Positions 9,250-17,189 of a DNA stretch of 32,000 nucleotides are shown one piece after another (the stretch's first letter is position 1; each line of letters starts with the position of its first letter). The translations under genes were made by a program, and so were the position numbers. The DNA is from Candidatus Thorarchaeota archaeon (GTDB lineage Archaea; Asgardarchaeota; Heimdallarchaeia; Hodarchaeales; Hodarchaeaceae), in NCBI GenBank assembly GCA_048882505.1, contig JBHLRO010000005.1, forward strand, positions 120,001-152,000. Reading direction: 5' to 3'. Below the pieces are notes generated by a model. It saw nothing but the letters and a program-made list of their open reading frames with translations, ran no database searches and was not told the origin of the DNA.

Positions 9250-10395
9250 TCATAATCCAAGCTTCATATCGAGTTGAGAGGAAAACGTGAGATAGACTCC
9301 GATTCGTTGGGCTTCTTTTTTCAGATGCCTAAGTCTTTTTATGGGTCTACGTAATCTTCCACGAATATTAATTCGGAAAACAGCTGCAAAATCTGAAGGA
9401 TTACTGTCTCGCATCTTTTCCAAGGTGGCCATCGCATCCATTGCCCTATCAAGATAGTTCCTTAATGGCGATGATTCGAGATCCCACTTTTGATAGATAA
9501 TGGGGGTAGCCTTAATCGGATAAAACGTGAAATGAGCTTGTGACCTGGTAACTTCACCAATTACATAACCCTTCGGCTCGTTTCTCTCCTGTAGGGATAC
9601 GCGATCGAGACTTCCAGAATAGCAAACAATTGGCCCTGAATTCGTGAAGCTGGCCTCTTCTTTTCTTCGCCAAGTACCGTCACGTTCTTGGACAATCTCT
9701 AGAAATCCACTTGAGGATCGGATACGACCCCCTTTCTTGTAGACAATTTGATAACGGTGAACATGACCACAGGCAAGGTAATGAAATCCGAGTGGAATCT
9801 GCGAGTATCCAATAACGTTTTTGCCCTTCCTGAAGGTGTAATTTTCAACCTGTGAACCTTCGAACAGTTGATGGGTTGCCAAAATCCCATAAAAGGATTG
9901 GGATGCGTTCTCAGTTGAAACCACATTATTTTGAGCTATTTGGAGCATTCGATTGAATTTAGCAGGAGCTTCTTCACGGATATATGGATGGCCTGAAATT
10001 TTTACCGCGAGTCCGTTTTTAGAATAAATGAAAGTACATGGTTTTACGAACAAATGGAAGTTTTCATGATAAGAGATCAAACCCACTGGAAGTTTTCCCC
10101 TTTCATGGTTTCCCGCCACGATATAAACAGGGATCCCTCGAGAAGCAACCTTTACGAAAGGTTCAACGGCTCGATCGACAACTTCAGGAGGGGGTTGACT
10201 TCGATTAAAAAAATCACCAGAATGGATTATAAAATCCACTCGATGCCTAATTACAGCTTCTTCCACTATCTTTTGAGCCTGCTGAAAGAAACGCTCACCG
10301 TAAGCACGACGTTGCATGTTTTTGGGTCTTAACGCGTAATGGGCACCGAAGTGGGTGTCTGCTATATGAAGAAATTTGATCGAATCTTCCTTCAT
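9250..10395 (-). CDS. SbcD/Mre11-like metallophosphoesterase (DNA repair exonuclease family)
   Basis: ADTHFG, SGDFF, AGNHE, THQ, GHVH and YSGSLDR...E..KGY motifs. Confidence 0.88.
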   Translation of the reverse strand: MKEDSIKFLHIADTHFGAHYALRPKNMQRRAYGERFFQQAQKIVEEAVIRHRVDFIIHSGDFFNRSQPPPEVVDRAVEPFVKVASRGIPVYIVAGNHERGKLPVGLISYHENFHLFVKPCTFIYSKNGLAVKISGHPYIREEAPAKFNRMLQIAQNNVVSTENASQSFYGILATHQLFEGSQVENYTFRKGKNVIGYSQIPLGFHYLACGHVHRYQIVYKKGGRIRSSSGFLEIVQERDGTWRRKEEASFTNSGPIVCYSGSLDRVSLQERNEPKGYVIGEVTRSQAHFTFYPIKATPIIYQKWDLESSPLRNYLDRAMDAMATLEKMRDSNPSDFAAVFRINIRGRLRRPIKRLRHLKKEAQRIGVYLTFSSQLDMKLGL

Positions 10396-10663
10396 TTGTA
10401 CTTTTCCTATGTAAGCTCCTTAGACTCTGGTACAGAATCATCAATCCCGACACTCTCCCCATTATTAAACCGATAGGATTTCACTTCGTAATACCAGATT
10501 CTTACCGTGAAACAAGCTCTATTGATACTAGGAGCTTAGAAGGTAGCATTCATTCTAAACCATTTTTATCCCCTCTGGAAAGGAGAAAAAGATCAGTTCG
10601 GGCAGTTTTCGTGCCGCAGAATTCAGATAATCCTCACAAGGCTCCTTGAATCCTTAGAAAACG

Positions 10664-12154
10664 CTACTTTATTGATTTTGGATCCCTAATATCCTCTACG
10701 ATGCTTTCAATCTCATCTATGAGCCCATCTATTAATCTTAGAGTCGTACGAAGATTGAGTATGCAAACACGAATAGTGGCTCTACCCTTAAGCGAAGTTC
10801 GACTCAAATAATACCTTTTTTTTCTTTGTAATACCCCCACAATGTTCTCATTAAGCTGGTCAGAACCCCTCCAGCGAAAGCAAACAATTGCTAATTTCCC
10901 GTCCGACATCAATTCAAGATGTGGATGATTTTGGATCTTGTGACGTAAATAATCAGCGGCGAGGATGTTTCGGGTTATTAATTGGCTTAATCCACGTTTG
11001 CCATAGGAACTAATAAGCATCCAGATCTTTAACCCCCGCAATCCTCTCGAGAGAGGGAATCCATAGGATCGAAAATTACGTTGAAGAATATATTCATCTT
11101 CCAATTCAGAATCCTTGAGATATTCCGCACTCAGTTCAAAGGCATTTCTTAGTTTTTCACTATCTTTTACAATTGCACATCCCGCTTCGAACGGCGTAAA
11201 AAGCCATTTATGGGCATCTAATGCAATGGAGTCCGCCAACTTAATACCTGCCAATTCCTCGGATATGGGAGTGTTGGTGATTCTTGCAAATGCTCCATAT
11301 GCTCCATCAATGTGGAACCACATCTTTTTTTCTTTTGCTAGCTCATAAAGTCCTTCCAGATCATCTATTGAACCAGTATTCGTTGTCCCGGCTGTTGCCA
11401 CTATAACTGCGGGAATTACTTCTTTGTCTTCTTCATCTTTTTTGATGACAGAGCGAACTGCTTCGGCTGTCATCCTGAAGCTATCGTCGCTTTGTATTAT
11501 TTTGACACTTTCTTCTCCTAAACCTAGCAGCATGGCCGTTTTTAAAATACAGTTATGGCTTTGATCAGATGTATAAATCCTTAATCGTTTTTGATTGAAT
11601 AATCCCACCTTTTTAAGATTCCAGGGAGCTACACTCACGAGGCCTGTGTAAATACAGGTTAAATTGGCATCCGATCCTCCTATTGTAAAGCTACCCCAGC
11701 TAGAATCATCGAGATCCAGAAGCTGAATAATCCATTTAATTGCGAGGCTTTCAACTGCAGTTCCACCTGGAGATCCTATAACTGTACCAACAAATTGATT
11801 GAAGATTGGAGTCAACAAGGCCCCGAGCATGGCTGGAGGTGCAGGATCTCCTGGAATGTAGGCCAAAAAGTATGGATTTCCCACAGACGGGAATCTCGGA
11901 ATCATGTCATTTCTTATGGAATGGATTATCGTCTCCCAAGACTGGGGATGTTCAGGGATACTTGAATCAAATGCTTGATTTATTTCTTTAGGTGTTTCCT
12001 CGCTATAATGGGATCTGATCGTTCTCCCATCAAGAAATTCTCTAATAATCGGAAAAAGCGATTCAATCATCTGTGTAAGTTCATCAGACTCAATAATTTT
12101 GAGGTGGGGTATATTCTCAAATTTCGATCGGATTTCTTTGACGGGATTCATCAT
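10664..12154 (-). CDS. Group II pyridoxal-phosphate-dependent amino acid decarboxylase (DDC/GAD family)
   Basis: FTIGGSDAN, HNCILK, ATAGTTNTGSID, WFHIDGAYG, DAHKW (PLP lysine), LSRGLRGLKIW. Substrate cannot be determined from sequence. Confidence 0.92.
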   Translation of the reverse strand: MMNPVKEIRSKFENIPHLKIIESDELTQMIESLFPIIREFLDGRTIRSHYSEETPKEINQAFDSSIPEHPQSWETIIHSIRNDMIPRFPSVGNPYFLAYIPGDPAPPAMLGALLTPIFNQFVGTVIGSPGGTAVESLAIKWIIQLLDLDDSSWGSFTIGGSDANLTCIYTGLVSVAPWNLKKVGLFNQKRLRIYTSDQSHNCILKTAMLLGLGEESVKIIQSDDSFRMTAEAVRSVIKKDEEDKEVIPAVIVATAGTTNTGSIDDLEGLYELAKEKKMWFHIDGAYGAFARITNTPISEELAGIKLADSIALDAHKWLFTPFEAGCAIVKDSEKLRNAFELSAEYLKDSELEDEYILQRNFRSYGFPLSRGLRGLKIWMLISSYGKRGLSQLITRNILAADYLRHKIQNHPHLELMSDGKLAIVCFRWRGSDQLNENIVGVLQRKKRYYLSRTSLKGRATIRVCILNLRTTLRLIDGLIDEIESIVEDIRDPKSIK

Positions 12155-12295
12155 TTCAACCTATGAGAGCTGTTTTTCCTTAAATCATGACCTTTTTACG
12201 GATCACGATCTGCACGTGTATCTCAACAATCTTTATATCAATTTTTTTAATTCAAATGCACTCGGCTCTTTTATGAAAGAGCTTCCCTATCCCAG

Positions 12296-12949
12296 GTGTT
12301 GGTTGTGCGAAATCTTGGGCCTACAATCTTTCAAGAGGACACCGTATTAACGGAACCTTTGATCGGAAATGGTCCCCTCCGAGCTTATGGAAATCTTAAA
12401 GGACCTTCTTTTAGAATTAACGGACCCTTCGATGTGGAATCAAACATCGAAGTGCAAGAGAATCTTCGTGTGAATGGGCCTAGTGTTATTCATGGAAGTT
12501 TAATCTGCCATCTCCAGTCCAGAATAAGAATCAATGGACCCCTAACGGTGCACCAAGGTATTAAAGGAGGATTTTTACGGATCAATGGGCCCCTTTCGAC
12601 GAGGTTTGCAGAGGTTGGCGGCTTACAGATTCACGGATCTGTAGAAATTGAGGATGATCTTAAGGCCACTCATGAGATTTCCATTACTTTGGGGCACCTA
12701 AAGGCAAAAAAGAAACTTCGGGTCGGAGGAATAGTCTCCGCTCCTTACGTTCATATAAAGGATCCCGGATCGTGGATCAATCTTATTCCTGGGATGAGAA
12801 TATTTCGTAGAACAATTGGACTGCGATCAGTTTCCAGGAGTAAATTCCAGATAAGAAACCTGAGGATTTTCGCTGATCGTCTTGTTCTGGAAGGAGTAGA
12901 GCTACTTGAATGCGATATCAATGTAAAGGAAATGGAAAACGTTGAATAA
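12296..12949 (+). CDS. Bactofilin-like (polymer-forming cytoskeletal) beta-helical repeat protein
   Basis: Five NGP-centred repeats at aa 25, 42, 60, 80 and 97 (17-20 aa period) plus IHGSV; alternating hydrophobic beta pattern; no TM or signal peptide. Start could be GTG 12305. Confidence 0.6.
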   Translation: MLVVRNLGPTIFQEDTVLTEPLIGNGPLRAYGNLKGPSFRINGPFDVESNIEVQENLRVNGPSVIHGSLICHLQSRIRINGPLTVHQGIKGGFLRINGPLSTRFAEVGGLQIHGSVEIEDDLKATHEISITLGHLKAKKKLRVGGIVSAPYVHIKDPGSWINLIPGMRIFRRTIGLRSVSRSKFQIRNLRIFADRLVLEGVELLECDINVKEMENVE

Positions 12950-13052
12950 TCAATATAAGACCAAAACCTTGAACGGTAGTACGATTGATGGAATCTATGC
13001 CTAGTTTGGGATACAACCATATTTTTCGCTTTGATTTCGATTTAATATTCTT

Positions 13053-13568
13053 TCAAACAACCAGTCTCAACATGAGGGCAGCAATCCCGAGAAGACAAAT
13101 GGCAGCCCCTATATCTTCTTTCATATTTCCAAACTGAAGCAGTCCCAGGTCAAATTTAAATCGTTCATCTGGATTTTGGGTGTACCTTTTTCTTGCTTCG
13201 AAGCTCTTATAGCTTTTACGGGCTGATGTTCTTGACCAATCTCCCCAGCCAGCCATGATAAAAAAAATTCCGGCCACGAGAAACATAGCGATCCCCCAGA
13301 TCCTGAAAAAGTCAAGATTGGCATTCAAGAAAACATTTACCATGTAAAAAACCAGGGCTGAAATGAAAGAAAATATCACTCCGGAAGCGATCTTTACTCC
13401 AAACGATTTGAGAGAAGTTGGCACAAAATAAGGATAAACGACATCCGCGGAGTTTACTTTTGGGGGATCCCAATAGGATGTTTTTTTGATTGATTTTACC
13501 CCTTGTGAACGGGGACCGGGTTTCTTCCCCTTCTCGTAATCCTCCAAGGCATCTTCTGTTCGAACCAA
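13053..13568 (-). CDS. Hypothetical membrane protein (3 TM), distal to oppF
   Basis: TTG start 32 nt after the oppF stop, same strand; charged N-terminus and three hydrophobic segments. Confidence 0.7.
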   Translation of the reverse strand: MVRTEDALEDYEKGKKPGPRSQGVKSIKKTSYWDPPKVNSADVVYPYFVPTSLKSFGVKIASGVIFSFISALVFYMVNVFLNANLDFFRIWGIAMFLVAGIFFIMAGWGDWSRTSARKSYKSFEARKRYTQNPDERFKFDLGLLQFGNMKEDIGAAICLLGIAALMLRLVV

Positions 13569-13600
13569 GTGTTATCTTCTCAATTATATACGATTTCGGA

Positions 13601-14608
13601 TCATGTAACTTCATCTAACGGAAAATGGCAAGCAACAAAATGGCCAGGTCGGAGTTCTCTTAACTCAGGCTCGACTTCTGTGCATTTCCTTTGTGCGTAG
13701 ATGCACCTTGTATTGAAACGGCAGGCGGCAGGTGGATTTAAAGGACTCGCCACGTCTCCACGAAGTATGATCCGCTTCCTTTCCAGTGTCGGGTCCGGAA
13801 TTGGAATCGCGGAAATTAAGGCTTGTGTATAAGGATGGAGGGGAGCTACTATAAAATCATCAGCGGGGGCTAGTTCAACTATCTGTCCCAAGTACATGAC
13901 TGCGATTCTATTGCTTATGTGGCGTACGACACTTAGATCGTGTGCTATGAAAACGATGGTCAAATTAAATTTATCTTTAATATCCTTAAGCAGGTTCAAT
14001 ATTTGTGCCTGAACCGCCACATCCAAGGCAGAAACAGGTTCATCGGCAATTATTAGCTGAGGTTCGACAGCTAAAGCACGAGCAATACCGATTCGTTGCC
14101 TTTGGCCTCCACTGAATTCATGAGCGTACCTGAGGGCATGATAGTCCTCCAACCCACATAGTTGAAGCAGTTTGATGACCTGTTCGTGCCGCTCCTGTTT
14201 AGACTTTCCTCGTTGATGAATGACGTAAGGTTCACCAACGATTTCACTAACTGTCATACGGGGATTCAAACTGAGGTAAGGATCCTGAAAAATCAATTGG
14301 GCTTGTCTACGAAACCATAGTTCCCTTTCCCGAGACTCAATGTCATAGATATTAACCCCATCAAATAAAACCTCCCCTGAGGTCGGTGGGATTAAATTGA
14401 GGAGAACTCGTCCAAAGGTGGTTTTTCCACACCCACTCTCCCCGACAAGTCCAAAAATTTCCCCTCTCTTTATATCGATGGAGACCTGGTCCACTGCTTT
14501 AATGAAGCCGATTAATGTTCTTCGAACAATCCCTGTTTGAAATACAGGAAAATGTTTGGTTATCTTCCTTGTTTGAACTATTGGTTCATTTGAAACCATT
14601 GAAACCAC
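13601..14608 (-). CDS. oppF: Oligopeptide/dipeptide ABC transporter ATP-binding protein (OppF/DppF)
   Basis: GLVGESGCGKTT, QLIFQDPY, FSGGQRQR, ADEPVSALD, HDLS, HPYT; C-terminal CRFNTRC..C...VACH Cys cluster. Confidence 0.95.
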   Translation of the reverse strand: MVSMVSNEPIVQTRKITKHFPVFQTGIVRRTLIGFIKAVDQVSIDIKRGEIFGLVGESGCGKTTFGRVLLNLIPPTSGEVLFDGVNIYDIESRERELWFRRQAQLIFQDPYLSLNPRMTVSEIVGEPYVIHQRGKSKQERHEQVIKLLQLCGLEDYHALRYAHEFSGGQRQRIGIARALAVEPQLIIADEPVSALDVAVQAQILNLLKDIKDKFNLTIVFIAHDLSVVRHISNRIAVMYLGQIVELAPADDFIVAPLHPYTQALISAIPIPDPTLERKRIILRGDVASPLNPPAACRFNTRCIYAQRKCTEVEPELRELRPGHFVACHFPLDEVT

Positions 14609-14629
14609 ATTTTTAATTGAAGGCTTTTA

Positions 14630-15673
14630 CTAATGTTCGATTTCCTCATGGAAATGGCAGGCGACCATATGATCGCCCTCCCAATGAAGCAACGGCGGTA
14701 CTTCTTCTGCACACTTTTGTTTGGCATAACTGCATCTGGGATGGAAACGACATCCTGTTGGGGGGTCAATAAGGTCAGGAACACTCCCAGGTAGCGTATG
14801 CAGCTGATCAACGGTCATATCTAGTCGTGGAATGGCGTTCATGAGGGCAATGGTGTATGGATGACGGGGATCCTTGAAAATGGTCTTGACAGAGGCTATT
14901 TCCACGAGATACCCTCCGTACATTACTCCCACTCGATCGCAATTCTCAGCAATAATCCCAAGATTATGGGTTATCAATAAAACAGACATTCCGAATCTAT
15001 CTTGAAGCGATCGGATAATATCCAAAATTTGGGCTTGAATCGTTACATCCAGAGCTGTTGTTGGCTCATCCGCGATCAATAAAGACGGATTGCAGGACAA
15101 CGCTCTCCCGATCATAACCCGTTGTCTCATACCTCCACTAAATTGATGGGGGTAGTCATTGACTCGTTCTTTCGCGAGGGGTATCCCTACTTCTTGCATA
15201 AGCTGGATGGCTCTTTCGCGGGCCTCCATTTTATCGAGACCTTGATGCAATTGGATTACCTCGGAAATTTGCTCCCCTACTGTAAACACTGGATTAAGAG
15301 AGCTCAGTGGATCCTGAAAAATCATGGAAATTACCGCTCCCCTAATTTTTCGAATCTCACTTTCTTTAAGCTTTAAAAGATCTGTACCGTTATATAGCAC
15401 TTGGCCTCCTTCGATAATCCCGGGAAATCGAACAAGCTTAAGGCAGGACAATGCTGTGACCGTTTTTCCACATCCACTTTCCCCGACAAGTCCAAAAAAT
15501 TCCCCTTTCTTGACATGAAATGATACACCTTCCACAGCCTTAACAATTCCAAATTCCGTATAAAAGTAGGTTGTTAAGTCCTTTATTTCAATAAGTACAT
15601 CGTTTTCACTGGCTTCTTCAATCGTTGTGCTACTACTATCTTGTGCAGACAGGGTCATATTTGGTAACTCCAA
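14630..15673 (-). CDS. oppD: Oligopeptide/dipeptide ABC transporter ATP-binding protein (OppD/DppD)
   Basis: GLVGESGCGKTV, SMIFQDPLSSLNP, YPHQFSGGMRQR, ADEPTTALD, THNLG; C-terminal CRFHPRC..C...VACH. Confidence 0.95.
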   Translation of the reverse strand: MELPNMTLSAQDSSSTTIEEASENDVLIEIKDLTTYFYTEFGIVKAVEGVSFHVKKGEFFGLVGESGCGKTVTALSCLKLVRFPGIIEGGQVLYNGTDLLKLKESEIRKIRGAVISMIFQDPLSSLNPVFTVGEQISEVIQLHQGLDKMEARERAIQLMQEVGIPLAKERVNDYPHQFSGGMRQRVMIGRALSCNPSLLIADEPTTALDVTIQAQILDIIRSLQDRFGMSVLLITHNLGIIAENCDRVGVMYGGYLVEIASVKTIFKDPRHPYTIALMNAIPRLDMTVDQLHTLPGSVPDLIDPPTGCRFHPRCSYAKQKCAEEVPPLLHWEGDHMVACHFHEEIEH

Positions 15674-15705
15674 TTTAAAACTTTTAACGGGATTGTGGAT
15701 TCTAA

Positions 15706-17160
15706 TCAGCGTAACCGAGGATCGAAGGCATCCCGCAAACCATCACCAAGAAGATTAAAGGACATCACTGCAAGGATTATGAAAAGTGCAGGGAAGATTA
15801 CTGACCACCATGATACCGATGCGATAAGAAAGCCGTTGTTTAATTCACGTCCCCAACTGGAAAGATCTTCACTCGTAAATCCGAGAAAAGCGAGACCTGC
15901 TTCTACCAGTATGTTGGCAGACATATTCAAAGTTACCACAACTATCAATGGGGCCAACACATTAGGAAGGATGTGAATAATCATAATCCTTCTATCAGAG
16001 GCTCCCAAAGCACGCGCTGCCTCTACATAGTCAGTTTCACGAACCTGGAATATTGAGGCACGAACAAGACGCGTAATACCCATCCATCCAAAGATACCAA
16101 GCCCAAACATTACCGCAATGACGATCACTTCGGTGGTAACTCCTAACTCCCTTAACAGATTGTCCACCCATTGAGTGTTCTGGATAACTACAATTGCCAA
16201 GATTAGGACAAAATAGAATGGCAAAGTCAGAAAAACGTCCGTAGCTCTCATAATAATCTCATCTACTCTCCCTCGGTAATATCCCGCAAGCAAACCTAGT
16301 GGAAGACCTATAATCAAAGAAATGAAGATGGCTCCAAAACTAATCAAAAGGGAAACACGTGAACCATAAATTAACCGAGTGAATAGGTCCTCCGAATGAA
16401 AATTTGTCCCCATTATATGAGTAAACTGAAAGTATTCTCCTCCGCTAAGGAAGAAATCATCAACTAGAACATCCGATCCGCCAGTGTCCTTTATAAGAAC
16501 AACTTCTTCAGGATTACGAACCGAAAGGCCATAGTCTTCATGAAGATCAAGTCTCACAAAGGTCCAGCCACTCGGAGAGGGCTCAATAAGAAGATCTATC
16601 TGGTCCTCCATATCATCATCGTACCTAAAAACAACCGAAAGAGTTGTTTGATCAGGACCATCTAGATAAACCCTGAAGTTTAACTCCATATAGTAAAAAT
16701 CTTCATTGGTCGAAATGTCTTGGGAGAGTTCTCCATTACCTAAATTGCTCCCTGCGGCAAAGGTTCCCACTCCTCCTAAAATTCCTTGTTCTGTAAGATT
16801 AACCTTATTCCATCCATTGAGTATCCATCCTAAGTTCAACTCAAAACTGGGATCTAGTAATCGATTAGCGTATAAATCTTCGAATAAACCTCCTTCCTTG
16901 ACACCAGGCGCTTGATATCCTGGAGAATAACCTGGATAGTTTAGCAAGAACTGTTCCTCTGGATCATAAGGCGCGATAAAATCGGCAAAAAACGCCATGA
17001 TGATCAAAAGAACAACAAAGAGCAAACCTATTAAGCCTGCTCTATTCTTTCTAAATCTACGAAAACTGATGGAAAGCTGGCTACCAGACACTTCTTCTGC
17101 TCTTTTGTATTTCTTTTTCAGGAGCTTCTTTTTTCGTCTCTTTGTCTGTGATTCAAACAT
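15706..17160 (-). CDS. oppC: Opp/Dpp-family permease OppC with a large extracellular insertion
   Basis: RRFRKNRAGLIG, APYDP, HIMGT..EDLFTRLIYGSRVSL, GYYRGRVDEIIMR, EAA loop DYVEAARALGAS, LGDGLRDAFDPR; ~160 aa extra between QAPG and HIMGT. Confidence 0.92.
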   Translation of the reverse strand: MFESQTKRRKKKLLKKKYKRAEEVSGSQLSISFRRFRKNRAGLIGLLFVVLLIIMAFFADFIAPYDPEEQFLLNYPGYSPGYQAPGVKEGGLFEDLYANRLLDPSFELNLGWILNGWNKVNLTEQGILGGVGTFAAGSNLGNGELSQDISTNEDFYYMELNFRVYLDGPDQTTLSVVFRYDDDMEDQIDLLIEPSPSGWTFVRLDLHEDYGLSVRNPEEVVLIKDTGGSDVLVDDFFLSGGEYFQFTHIMGTNFHSEDLFTRLIYGSRVSLLISFGAIFISLIIGLPLGLLAGYYRGRVDEIIMRATDVFLTLPFYFVLILAIVVIQNTQWVDNLLRELGVTTEVIVIAVMFGLGIFGWMGITRLVRASIFQVRETDYVEAARALGASDRRIMIIHILPNVLAPLIVVVTLNMSANILVEAGLAFLGFTSEDLSSWGRELNNGFLIASVSWWSVIFPALFIILAVMSFNLLGDGLRDAFDPRLR

Positions 17161-17189
17161 CTTGATAATACCAACCGCATGATGACCCG

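Noticed and set aside
10412-10538. 9-bp inverted repeat TAAGCTCCT/AGGAGCTTA as a possible MITE
   Set aside because: Short, no target-site duplication, no second copy or transposase in the window; compatible with chance.
13613-13720. Cys-rich C-termini of OppD/OppF as a novelty
   Set aside because: This is the known C-terminal Fe-S-binding extension of oligopeptide ABC ATPases.
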